53,863 bases of DNA from contig JANLHI010000015.1 in NCBI GenBank assembly GCA_024654525.1, positions 1-53,863 on the forward strand, read 5' to 3'. A program made the translations under genes and the position numbers. Below, piece after piece: positions 18,135 through 26,977 of the stretch (position 1 is its first letter; the number at the start of each line of letters is the position of its first letter). This stretch comes from Patescibacteria group bacterium (lineage in GTDB: Bacteria; Patescibacteriota; Minisyncoccia; UBA6257; 2-01-FULL-56-20). Below the pieces are notes generated by a model. The model made no database searches and was not told the DNA's origin. It was given only the letters and a program-made list of their open reading frames with translations.

Positions 18135-20537
18135 TTATAGAGCACATCCCGAAAGCGTGGCATCAAGACCCCCCACATACCTTCCGAGGGATACCCAATC
18201 ATTAACTATCAACTTGCCATCCCCATTGATATCTGCGCGAGAAAGAGTACTGGTGACATTCCCCGCTATCACCTGTCCAAGAAGGTCGTAGTCGGCTTTG
18301 TTAATTACATTGTTTCCATCAAGATCGCCCAAAGAACCGCAGGCAAGAGGTTTATCTGTGCTTATAGGTGAGGTTGTGGTTATATCAAACGACGAGTTGC
18401 TTTCATCCAATGCAATGGTGATTCCATCACTTCCCACTATGATAACTTGGATTGTATAGCCACTGCCATCTGGAATACTCGTACCATCTGATGCCTTGTT
18501 GATAATCCATGGGTACGACGTGTGCGTACTTCCTACAGGAGCAGTATAAAGCGGATATATTGTTTGGCTGTTTCCGGAAGTTTTAAGAAGACGAACTTTT
18601 TCTTTTTGTGGGTACCCTGAAGGAAAATCGCCCACGCGACTCCATTGAATTGCCATTATCGTGTTCCGTGTAAACGTCTCCCCTCCGTTCGGCGAAAGCA
18701 CGGTGATGGAAGACTGGGAACCGGAACATGCGGGGAATGTCTTCTGCGTCCCATTCACATAACCGTTGATATATGCGGCATCAAGCGTGGTGATGCTTCC
18801 GTCATTCGACACATCGGCGACTGCCTGCCCTTTTTCCGGCAAAGTTTCATTCCCAAGCACATGCGCGCGGATTGCTTCCACGTCTGCAAAGGAAATAAAC
18901 CCATCAAAATTTACATCTCCCGAGTTACCGCATACCAGCGACCTGTTATCAGACGCAATAAAAGTGAGCGTATTCGAGAACATATGTCCGGTGTTTCCGT
19001 TGATTGCATCTATTGGATAGATGATGACAGTGTCTAATTTTTGCATACCTGATGAATTGAAAGTAAACGCTCTTGGTACCACTACTTCTGTTGAAGCGCC
19101 TGCGTTAAGGGTAAGAATCGTAGCCGTGGTACCTTGCACAGCTATCTTAAAGGGAGTGAGGTAATCAGTAGCGCTCTGATTTTTTACCGTAACCGTTGTG
19201 GTAATCCATTCACCTGCGCGAGGAGACGCGGGAGAATACTGAACGTTGGTAATAACGATTGGCTCTGTGGTGCCATATTCGAGCGCGATAGTTGATGATG
19301 TCTCCGAAAGATTCCACTCGGCGGAATCTTCTCCAAGAAGCTGATCGGAAGAATCATATCCGCGTAATGTAAAACGCACAGAGTCGCTCGCACCAACAGA
19401 ATTATCAATAGCTGCGGTAAGAAGCGGATAATCCCGTGTAATATCAAACAAGCTTGAACTGTAAAACTTTGTTCCCGTAATATCGTTAAACGTCATATCG
19501 GAACCACAAAGATTATTTCCTTTATACGAAGGAACAACCACTCCCGCCGGACATGCTATTGAAAGTGTCCAATAAAATACGGATTTGTTCCCCGAATTTC
19601 CTTTTATGGATATTACGGCAAATGGATGTGACAAAGTTCCGGTAAACTCGGATTTTACTTTCACCGTAGGCAAAACTGGCGGAGAAGGAGGAATAGGAGG
19701 AGTCGAAGAGCTTGTGCAACTAAAGTGCGCATACTTATTTTGTCCGTTAAAAGTGTTATAAACATACCCACCGCATGAACTCTTCCAAACTATCTGCGAT
19801 CCTTGAGTGCCACTAATATCCCCTCCGGCAGTCCCTATGCCGTTAAAGGTATAGCGACCATCACTTGAGTAACAACTCTCTGAATTATCCGATCCCGAAA
19901 ACACACACTTTACCGATTCAGTAACCGTAACAGCCGGAATGGGAATCTGAGCTTTCCCACATTCATATAATTGATTCAACTTTTTTCGAGTCGAAGGACC
20001 TACGTACCCTGTGCCTTTTGTAATTCCGTAAGGCGCAAGAACCTCGGACGCATACTTTTCCTGAAATTGAGAAACTTTTGAAGCGAGCCATTCGGTAAAA
20101 TGAGTTGTTCTGAGAGAACTTCCCGCTGCTCCCGGCTGCGCAACGGATTCATAATCAAACAAACCCTCAAACTGACCAAGTGCTTGATAGAGAACGCTAA
20201 TATCTCTGTCAAAAGAGGTAGGGGCGCCTTCTATTGTCCTTCCATCACCTATCTGTAAATTCTTTGTCCAGCTGTAGCAAAAACCACTCGGCACACTTGT
20301 TGTTCCCGGATTCGTTAGTGTTACCGGCGCAGGTGTTGCGGGAGAAGAAGTATTTCCTCCCTGTTGCGTTGCGAGTTGCTGCTGGAGCGCCTGCACTTGG
20401 GAAAGCAGCGCCTGCACCTGCGCCATCAATTGTGCAAGTGTGGGATTGGTCTGTGCGCCCGCGACTCCCGGGGCAAGAAGCACCGAGTACACCATTACTG
20501 CAACGATGCCAACCGCGAGAAACCTTGAGGTTTTCAT
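18135..20537 (-). CDS. Secreted multidomain protein: peptidoglycan-binding-like, CARDB/Ig-like and two dockerin type I-like repeat pairs
   Basis: Signal peptide MKTSRFLAVG...AGA; GTGYVGPSTRKKLN; GDVNFDGFISFAD/ADVSNDGSITTLD; ITVLSPNGGE; GDLDGNNVINKAD/ADINGDGKLIVND. Confidence 0.8.
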   Translation of the reverse strand: MKTSRFLAVGIVAVMVYSVLLAPGVAGAQTNPTLAQLMAQVQALLSQVQALQQQLATQQGGNTSSPATPAPVTLTNPGTTSVPSGFCYSWTKNLQIGDGRTIEGAPTSFDRDISVLYQALGQFEGLFDYESVAQPGAAGSSLRTTHFTEWLASKVSQFQEKYASEVLAPYGITKGTGYVGPSTRKKLNQLYECGKAQIPIPAVTVTESVKCVFSGSDNSESCYSSDGRYTFNGIGTAGGDISGTQGSQIVWKSSCGGYVYNTFNGQNKYAHFSCTSSSTPPIPPSPPVLPTVKVKSEFTGTLSHPFAVISIKGNSGNKSVFYWTLSIACPAGVVVPSYKGNNLCGSDMTFNDITGTKFYSSSLFDITRDYPLLTAAIDNSVGASDSVRFTLRGYDSSDQLLGEDSAEWNLSETSSTIALEYGTTEPIVITNVQYSPASPRAGEWITTTVTVKNQSATDYLTPFKIAVQGTTATILTLNAGASTEVVVPRAFTFNSSGMQKLDTVIIYPIDAINGNTGHMFSNTLTFIASDNRSLVCGNSGDVNFDGFISFADVEAIRAHVLGNETLPEKGQAVADVSNDGSITTLDAAYINGYVNGTQKTFPACSGSQSSITVLSPNGGETFTRNTIMAIQWSRVGDFPSGYPQKEKVRLLKTSGNSQTIYPLYTAPVGSTHTSYPWIINKASDGTSIPDGSGYTIQVIIVGSDGITIALDESNSSFDITTTSPISTDKPLACGSLGDLDGNNVINKADYDLLGQVIAGNVTSTLSRADINGDGKLIVNDWVSLGRYVGGLDATLSGCAL

Positions 20538-20690
20538 AGTTGGGAAAATTCTACCATAAACAACAATTATAATCAAGAGAATGATATTGTTCAAAATTGA
20601 CACACGCTTTCTACTTCACTATCGTTCCTCCTAGTACACCACATCACCTCATAATTAATAAGGTGATATAACAATCAAATTTTTCTGTAT

Positions 20691-20891
20691 ATGAAATGGA
20701 TTATAATCTTTCTGATATGCATCATCTCTGTAATCGTTGGATTGAACTCAATGCCCTGCAAGGATTGCAAACGACGCATCTTTCTTTGGAAATGGTGGAA
20801 AGGATCTTCAAAGGAGATAAAAGTAAAAGTATGGAAGTGCCGCCGCTGTGGCACGGTAAGTACAAGGTCGTCACACCTCCACCCCTTGTGA
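20691..20891 (+). CDS. 66-aa membrane-anchored protein with two CxxC motifs
   Basis: N-terminal hydrophobic stretch, CKDC and CRRC; fills the gap between minus-strand genes. Confidence 0.5.
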   Translation: MKWIIIFLICIISVIVGLNSMPCKDCKRRIFLWKWWKGSSKEIKVKVWKCRRCGTVSTRSSHLHPL

Positions 20892-20912
20892 TGTCTTCAT
20901 AATAATCGCATC

Positions 20913-20940
20913 AAAACCCCGGACTTCGCGTTCGGGTTTT
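20913..20940. terminator. Possible bidirectional intrinsic terminator
   Basis: aaaaccc...gggtttt between convergent genes. Confidence 0.5.
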
Positions 20941-20941
20941 G

Positions 20942-22417
20942 TCATATCGTAATCTCGTTTTTCATCTTCTCGAACGTCGCATCGCCAATTCCTTTCACAT
21001 TTTTAATTTCCTCGATTGTCTGAAAATCGCCATTTTCATTTCGGTAATCGATAATCCGCTGAGCAATAGTCGTTCCCACACCGGTGATAGTATCGAGCGC
21101 ATCGAGGTTCGCAGTATTAATATTTACTTTTCCCGATACTTCCGACACTTCCGGTTCGGACGACGGTGTCAAGGACTCAACCGATACCGCACCCTCACCA
21201 ACCGTGATTTCATCCTTCATCTTTTCAAAAGTAACATCGCCGATACCGCTTACGCTTTTAATGTCTTCAACAACTTGAAATAAGCCGTTCTGGGTTCGAT
21301 AATCAATCACTTTCTGCGCAAGCGAAGGTCCTATCCCCGTAATATTCTGCAACTCGTCATATCCTGCGGTATTGATATTTATTTTCTCCTCACCTGTCGG
21401 TGACGACTCTTCGGAAGTTACGGAAGGCGAAACACCCGAAGACTCCGACACAGGAATTTGCACTGGCGGCGCGGAGAGAAGAGGCGGAGTGTTACGTGCA
21501 AACATCGAAGAATTTTTCTCGTACGGTGTACCACTCACCACTCCGCTCGTGTTCCAACTCAAATCAATCGCGCTGCGCTCCATGGTTTTCTTTGTCGCAT
21601 TATCCCCCGCCGGCCATCCATGAGAAGCATCCACTTCATCTATTAATACGCAGTGATTATCAAACAAGCGTAGCCACGCACCGCTATTTGAAAGCACGCC
21701 GGTATATATCTTATCCGCAATAACATTCGGCACTACTTCATCATTCCCACGCTCAAGCAAAAAAAGATTTCCTTCTTCGAGACGATTCGTGGCATCGAAT
21801 ATAACTTTGAATTTCCCTGCCTTATCCACTATCCGCCAATCTGCAAGCACAATATATTTTCCGGAATTGTTTTTCAGCTCGATCCACTCTCCCTGTGCAC
21901 CACCGCCACCATCCTCTTCCCCGCGAAGCGGAGATCCCATCCATGCAATCTCGTTAAGCAACACAATATGCGTCGGATTTTTCCCTTTTATAAAATCACA
22001 ATCCTCCACTATATTCGGCACTACTACAGAAGACATGTCGTTCGCAGACTCCGGCACCCCCGACGTTGCATGTAGGGAATTTGCCGGCAACAAACTTGGA
22101 ATAGGTGAACCTGCAACAGGAAGTATCACCTTGCTTTTCGAAGGTTTTGCCGGCGCACTTGCACGGGTCACTATGGGCGCTTCATCGTTCAAAGAAATAT
22201 CGTTTTTATTATCAACAGAACGTGCGCGGGGAATTTCCATCAATAATTTCATCTCCCCTCTTTTTTCACTATCTCCCGCTACATTCACTACGGTACCGGC
22301 AACAATTGCTCCCGCGTCTTTGAGCGAAACGGGGAATCCCGCAAACCGCACCACGGTTCCGTATGAAATTACTCCCGCAATCACCGTGGCCCCCAATGCC
22401 ACGAAAATAACCCGCAT
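20942..22417 (-). CDS. ComEA-like DNA-binding protein: lamin-tail domain plus two helix-hairpin-helix ComEA domains
   Basis: LLNEIAWMG..EWIELKN (LTD); twice KININTA..EL..I.GIG..AQ.IIDYR..NG.F..IE.I..V.GIG..TFEKMK.EIT. Confidence 0.88.
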   Translation of the reverse strand: MRVIFVALGATVIAGVISYGTVVRFAGFPVSLKDAGAIVAGTVVNVAGDSEKRGEMKLLMEIPRARSVDNKNDISLNDEAPIVTRASAPAKPSKSKVILPVAGSPIPSLLPANSLHATSGVPESANDMSSVVVPNIVEDCDFIKGKNPTHIVLLNEIAWMGSPLRGEEDGGGGAQGEWIELKNNSGKYIVLADWRIVDKAGKFKVIFDATNRLEEGNLFLLERGNDEVVPNVIADKIYTGVLSNSGAWLRLFDNHCVLIDEVDASHGWPAGDNATKKTMERSAIDLSWNTSGVVSGTPYEKNSSMFARNTPPLLSAPPVQIPVSESSGVSPSVTSEESSPTGEEKININTAGYDELQNITGIGPSLAQKVIDYRTQNGLFQVVEDIKSVSGIGDVTFEKMKDEITVGEGAVSVESLTPSSEPEVSEVSGKVNINTANLDALDTITGVGTTIAQRIIDYRNENGDFQTIEEIKNVKGIGDATFEKMKNEITI

Positions 22418-22445
22418 ACTATATACAATATCAAATATGAAAAAC

Positions 22446-22473
22446 TTGAAAACTCAAGCAATCACGTTATAAT
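22446..22473 (+). promoter_or_regulatory. Sigma70-type promoter for the tRNA-Asn locus
   Basis: TTGAAA (22446..22451), 16-nt spacer, TATAAT (22468..22473), 10 nt before the degenerate tRNA 5' half. Confidence 0.7.
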
Positions 22474-22483
22474 GGAAACGCAT

Positions 22484-22553
22484 TCTGGCGCCTGTCTACC
22501 GATAGGTAGATAGCTCAGCGGTACCTGCCTGCCGGCAGGCAGGGAGCGGCTCC
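22484..22553 (+). pseudogene. Degenerate 5' half of tRNA-Asn interrupted by two 20-nt insertions
   Basis: tctggcg[cctgtctaccgataggtaga]tagctcagcggta[cctgcctgccggcaggcagg]gagcggctcc. With the inserts removed it matches nt 1-30 of the intact tRNA at 29/30. Confidence 0.92.
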
Positions 22554-22560
22554 AAAGCCC

Positions 22561-22800
22561 ATGATTACAATCTATGCGCTACGAAGCCAAAAAGATGGAA
22601 GAATTTATGTCGGGATGACTGAAAATTTGCAACGCCGGATGGCAGAACATAACCAAGGATTGGTCTTTTCCACAAAAGGATTCTTACCTTGGAAAATTAT
22701 TTACCGTGAAGATGCTCCTGACCGAGTAGCCGCGAGAAAAAGAGAAAAGTTTCTGAAAGGCGGTTCGGGAAAAGAGTATCTCAAAAAGATTCCGGCGTAG
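22561..22800 (+). CDS. Small stand-alone GIY-YIG nuclease (79 aa)
   Basis: TIYAL..IYVGMTENLQRRMAEHN..YRE..ARKREKFLK. Its last codons and TAG lie in tRNA nt 1-10. Confidence 0.9.
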   Translation: MITIYALRSQKDGRIYVGMTENLQRRMAEHNQGLVFSTKGFLPWKIIYREDAPDRVAARKREKFLKGGSGKEYLKKIPA

Positions 22801-22865
22801 CTCAGCGGTAGAGCGGCTCCCTGTTAAGGAGATGGTCGCAGGTTCGATCCCTGCCGCCGGAGCCA
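22791..22865 (+). tRNA. tRNA-Asn (GTT)
   Basis: Acceptor TCCGGCG/CGCCGGA, D arm GCTC/GAGC, anticodon loop CT-GTT-AA, T arm GCAGG-TTCGATC-CCTGC, discriminator G, encoded CCA. Confidence 0.96.
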
Positions 22866-22867
22866 AG

Positions 22868-22914
22868 AAACTAGATACGAACTCATCTTCAAAAAATGAG
22901 TTCGTATCTAGTTT
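22868..22914 (+). terminator. Hairpin with 19-bp perfect arms directly after the tRNA
   Basis: aaactagatacgaactcat-cttcaaaaa-atgagttcgtatctagttt. Confidence 0.75.
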
Positions 22915-23322
22915 AACTGCTCCCGAATTAAAACTTTCGCAAACCCCGAAGGAGAACAAGTTCCCTACGGGGCATGCTTTTGAAATCATTTTGCCAAATC
23001 TGATACACAAATCCAAGACCCTTCTTCGCGTAAAGCTGCGGAAGGGCGCAGAGCGAAATCTGAAATGATGCGCCCCGCCACTATTTTTCTGGGGATATGG
23101 AGGCGGGGCGACGGACTCGCCCGCGCGGACTTCAGCTTTCTTTTTTGAAAAAATTTACGGCTATTGCCTGACTTTATCTTAAACTTTTTATCCAGTGAAA
23201 CACACAGAAAAACAGAGAATTGCTTTCTCACAACCTTGCGTTAATAAAAATATGCTGTTTCGCACAAAACTTTTTGTATCGCCGAAGGATTTTTTGCTAT
23301 GCTGAATTTATAGAACAAAAAA

Positions 23323-23958
23323 ATGGAAACGGTAATCTCACAAAGCTCAACAATGATTCAGTTCATATCCCTGCTAGTACTTGCTTTTATTTTTTGGGGT
23401 GTCCCTTCTATCCTCTACGGTAAGTTCAAAGTGCTATACATTGACCATCCTTTTGCCCACATAATTTGGCATGGACTCGGAGTGTTCATAATAATCCTGT
23501 CTTTCAAAACACGCGTGGCGGAATATTTTTCAGAAATTTCTCAAGTTCATATATCGGCCTTGCTAGTTATTACTCTCCTTTGGATGCTTGTGCCGATACT
23601 GTATAAAAGGTTTCAAACGGAGTATCTCACCACAAAAGAACGTATTGCATATCAACCGACAAAATACTCTGAAATAGTGCTTCAACAAATGGTTGTTCTG
23701 GGAGGATTATTGATATTGGACTGGAATTGGTTCATGTTTGGACTTGTGTTTTTCTCACTACACGTTGTCGCTGTTCTTTTCCTTCCTAAAAAAGCTTTTT
23801 GGAGTACCGCACCCGCCTCACTACTCGGTGGATTTTCCTTTGCTTTTTTGCAGTCGCTAGGAGTAGCCGGTTTCCTCGCATCCTTTTCATTGCATCTTTC
23901 CTTTTACGCCATTCTTCAATCGGGTATCATACCAAAATTTAAATGCTACAAAAGATAG
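23323..23958 (+). CDS. Multi-pass membrane protein, weak CPBP/CAAX-protease-like motifs
   Basis: 211-aa hydrophobic ORF; SEIVLQQ, FSLH and LHLSFY loosely resemble the E, FxxxH and H motifs. Confidence 0.55.
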   Translation: METVISQSSTMIQFISLLVLAFIFWGVPSILYGKFKVLYIDHPFAHIIWHGLGVFIIILSFKTRVAEYFSEISQVHISALLVITLLWMLVPILYKRFQTEYLTTKERIAYQPTKYSEIVLQQMVVLGGLLILDWNWFMFGLVFFSLHVVAVLFLPKKAFWSTAPASLLGGFSFAFLQSLGVAGFLASFSLHLSFYAILQSGIIPKFKCYKR

Positions 23959-24011
23959 TTCCCCTTATCGCCTTTCGATAAATCGTTGAAAGGAGGTTTT
24001 CCTCCTCCGCG

Positions 24012-24251
24012 CTACCTATGAGGACACCCGGGCCAGCAACACGGTCTCCTCTTCCCTTTCGCAAGCTCCGTGCAAGTCCTTTCAATCCGCAGACTTCTTG
24101 TTTCCATCTTCTTAGCTGAAGTAACCCAACAAATCCATTCGTTGCGAGCAAGTGGCGTGATACTTTCCCAAGCGACCATAGTGGCCTGAAAAAAAGTGAT
24201 GGCTTCTTGCAAATCTCTCGGCAACGTATGTACCACCCCTTTTTTAATCAT
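24012..24251 (-). CDS. YdeI/OmpD-associated family protein
   Basis: LPRDLQEA..WESITPLARNEWICWVTSAKKMETRSLRIER..LAKG. Confidence 0.85.
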   Translation of the reverse strand: MIKKGVVHTLPRDLQEAITFFQATMVAWESITPLARNEWICWVTSAKKMETRSLRIERTCTELAKGKRRPCCWPGCPHR

Positions 24252-24325
24252 AGCTACATTTTACATCAGTCATCTCCAGTTTTCGCATGGTACCATTACC
24301 TCATTATCCTTAAGTAATTATTGAG

Positions 24326-24544
24326 ATGAAAACTCTTAAATGCGACCTGTGTGAAGTATCCGCAGAAGGTGCTACATTCGAAGAATGGATGGAAGCGCTT
24401 CATCCTCATTACGAAAAAACTCACGCCGAGGTAATGAACGACCTCAATCACACCAAAGAAGATACGGAAAAATGGATGATTGAGAATAACGCAAGGTTTG
24501 ACGCGGTATCACACGTACATAAAAACTCGAATATCCTCCTGTAA
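24326..24544 (+). CDS. Small putative metal-binding protein (DUF1059-like)
   Basis: MKTLKCDLCE..AEGATFEEW..PHY..HA pattern. Confidence 0.65.
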   Translation: MKTLKCDLCEVSAEGATFEEWMEALHPHYEKTHAEVMNDLNHTKEDTEKWMIENNARFDAVSHVHKNSNILL

Positions 24545-24560
24545 TGCCCTTCCTTGAAGA

Positions 24561-25523
24561 ATGTATCCAAAGAAAAATATCGTAATATGGCTCAAAAGTT
24601 CCCAAAAGGAAACGTTTGCATCGAGCTATTATAAATCCGCTGCGTACAATCAGCTTGCGCGGATGCTTGCGACACGGCACGCACTTTTCTTCGCATACGA
24701 TGCCAGTAGTTATCGCGGCAACGACATCTTCGCGCCTGCCTACGAATATGCAAACGGCGCAATTTCACCAACCCCCACACAGATAACCGCCAACACAATC
24801 TATAACCTCGGAAATATCCCACAGGAAAATTTTAAGACACTTCATGCGCGCATTACCAACACTCCTGTCTTCAAAAAATTTTGCGCATCAAAATGGGACA
24901 TGTACCACTACATGCCAGAATTTTTTCCCATAACTATTTTTGTCACGACCGAGGCTGAATTCCGCTCTGCAGTGAAACACATACCTACCGAAAGAGTTGT
25001 TTTTAAGCCCAACAAAGGCACAAACGGAGTTGGGGTGCATATTTTAGAAAAGAATGAGCTATATCTCAATGATGAAATGAGAATGGATATTGCAAAAGGC
25101 GCACTCGTCCAAGAATTTATAGATACAAAAAACGGTATCCCCTCAATTTGCGAATCGTATCATGACGTTAAAATCGTCACTATCAATGGGATTATAGTGC
25201 TCACTCATGTGCGCATTCCGGAACCGGGAAGCCTGATTGCAAGTTACCAAAGGGGCGCAACCATACGAGAACTTTCGACACACACACTCCCACAGGAAAT
25301 TCTTTCGTTGTATACGACGGTACACAAAAAAATAACTGCTCGTTTTCCGAATCCGATGTATTCAATGGATATCGGGATAGGCTCCTCTTCGCGAAAAAAA
25401 TCGGGACTTCCGACCCGCCCCCTCCTCTTTGAAATGAATGGGCATACCACGTTTCCTTGGGACGAATTCGAATGTAGAGATCTGTTCATCGAAAATCTCG
25501 TCGCTCATATAGAGAATGTATGA
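24561..25523 (+). CDS. ATP-grasp ligase (YheC/D or RimK-like)
   Basis: VFKPNKGTNGVGV, LVQEFID, HDVKIV, SMDIG, LFEMNG. Confidence 0.8.
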   Translation: MYPKKNIVIWLKSSQKETFASSYYKSAAYNQLARMLATRHALFFAYDASSYRGNDIFAPAYEYANGAISPTPTQITANTIYNLGNIPQENFKTLHARITNTPVFKKFCASKWDMYHYMPEFFPITIFVTTEAEFRSAVKHIPTERVVFKPNKGTNGVGVHILEKNELYLNDEMRMDIAKGALVQEFIDTKNGIPSICESYHDVKIVTINGIIVLTHVRIPEPGSLIASYQRGATIRELSTHTLPQEILSLYTTVHKKITARFPNPMYSMDIGIGSSSRKKSGLPTRPLLFEMNGHTTFPWDEFECRDLFIENLVAHIENV

Positions 25524-25563
25524 CACAATCGCTATTTCATGAAATTCATGATAAAATGGCAAT

Positions 25564-25965
25564 ATGCAGGTATCCGAAGAGGTAAAAAAGGGACTTGAGA
25601 AGAAATTCAAGAAAGTTACAGAAACACCCGCAAGTTTCGATTTCTTTGTGGCAATCCATGATTTTATAGAGCATATCGAATCAAATACTCCTTTAATGCG
25701 CAGTCTCTCTCCCCGTCTGAAAGCAAACCGAGAACTCAAAATCCCCAACAAATATAGCCACCTAAAACAAATTTACCAAGGACTCGAAGATTCCCAAGAC
25801 ACGTCCGGAATAGACTTGGGGCACACGCGTTATGCAATACTTATTGAGCTGAACCGAATCAAAATCAACGATGTCTCGGAAAGTAATTCGTTCTGGAAAA
25901 AACGTGAATTATTCAGAAGACTGACCGAAGAAATATACAAACAACTCACGCCTGATACAAAATAA
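25564..25965 (+). CDS. Hypothetical protein (133 aa)
   Basis: Co-oriented with the upstream gene and followed by a terminator; no motif recognised. Confidence 0.65.
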   Translation: MQVSEEVKKGLEKKFKKVTETPASFDFFVAIHDFIEHIESNTPLMRSLSPRLKANRELKIPNKYSHLKQIYQGLEDSQDTSGIDLGHTRYAILIELNRIKINDVSESNSFWKKRELFRRLTEEIYKQLTPDTK

Positions 25966-25998
25966 AAACAGCCTCGCTCACGCAGGGCTGTTTTTATT
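25961..25998. terminator. Bidirectional intrinsic terminator
   Basis: aataaaaacagcc...ggctgtttttatt, 13-bp perfect arms between convergent genes. Confidence 0.8.
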
Positions 25999-26015
25999 AA
26001 AACGCTCAAAGAGCA

Positions 26016-26213
26016 TTACGCTCTCGCAACGTTGGTCGCACTAGGACCCTTTTCCCCTTCGGTAATTTCGAAAGTGACTGCGTCTCCGACTTTAAGGTCG
26101 TCGAACGCCACACCTTGCAACTCCTTTGAGTGGAAGAAAAGATCTTTCGCTTCACCTTCACGGGCAATGAAACCAAATCCCCGTTCAGTGAGCGTTTTGA
26201 TAGTTCCTGTCAT
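26016..26213 (-). CDS. Cold-shock domain protein (65 aa)
   Basis: MTGTIKTLTERGFGFI..DLFFHSKEL..GDAVTFEITEGEKGPSATNV; start at ATG 26213. Confidence 0.95.
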   Translation of the reverse strand: MTGTIKTLTERGFGFIAREGEAKDLFFHSKELQGVAFDDLKVGDAVTFEITEGEKGPSATNVARA

Positions 26214-26346
26214 GTAAATATTTTTTTCGTTGAGAAACCCGACTACGTCTCTTACATAGAACATAATAGCAAGAAATGCTAATTTTGTCCAGTCCACCCT
26301 CAAATTATACACATAACGACGCCAAGAAGGGTACAATGAATGTAGT

Positions 26347-26925
26347 ATGTATACTCCACGACGCACATCGGATATATTCCGAAAAAAAGAAAACAGCTCT
26401 ATATATCTTACTCAAGATGGCTTTCGAAGACTAAAGGAAAAACTCGCGCGACTCAAAGCGTCCCTCCCCTCGCTCATCACGGAAACCGCAAGAACCGCCG
26501 CATACGGAGATCGGTCAGAAAATGCCGAATATAAGGAAGCAAAATCCACTCTTCGGCGCACACACGGACAAATTTTCAACATCGAAAATCGTCTGAAATA
26601 CGTACAAATTATTACCGAAGGACGTAATGCCACCGGTACCGTAAGAATCGGCTCTACCGTGGTATTCGAAAAGAGCAATACAACAGATTCGACAGGCTCG
26701 CTACGAATAAGTTCGGGAAGTCCGTCACCAACAAATCCAAAACAAGAAACGGGAATAAAAAGAAAATTTCAAATTGTGGGACCTCATGAAGCAAACCCGG
26801 ACAAGGGACGTATCTCGTATCTTTCCCCCATCGGCGCGGCGCTCATGCAAAGAAAACAGGGCGATGTGGTTGCCATTAACACAGAACGCGGAATACAAGG
26901 ATATCGCATTATCGAAATACAATAG
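26347..26925 (+). CDS. greA: GreA/GreB family transcription elongation factor with a C-terminal-domain insertion
   Basis: LTQDGFRRLKEKL, AAYGDRSENAEYKEAK, VRIGSTV, IVGPHEA..GRISYLSPIGAALM. Confidence 0.9.
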   Translation: MYTPRRTSDIFRKKENSSIYLTQDGFRRLKEKLARLKASLPSLITETARTAAYGDRSENAEYKEAKSTLRRTHGQIFNIENRLKYVQIITEGRNATGTVRIGSTVVFEKSNTTDSTGSLRISSGSPSPTNPKQETGIKRKFQIVGPHEANPDKGRISYLSPIGAALMQRKQGDVVAINTERGIQGYRIIEIQ

Positions 26926-26977
26926 CGCATTATACTATTCGCATGCACATCAAAGAAATCGCCTTCGTGGCATAGGA

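Noticed and set aside
22832-23231. ORFs 22832..23068 and 22986..23231 as recombinase remnants
   Set aside because: They run through the tRNA and hairpin repeats, and I recognised no catalytic motif.
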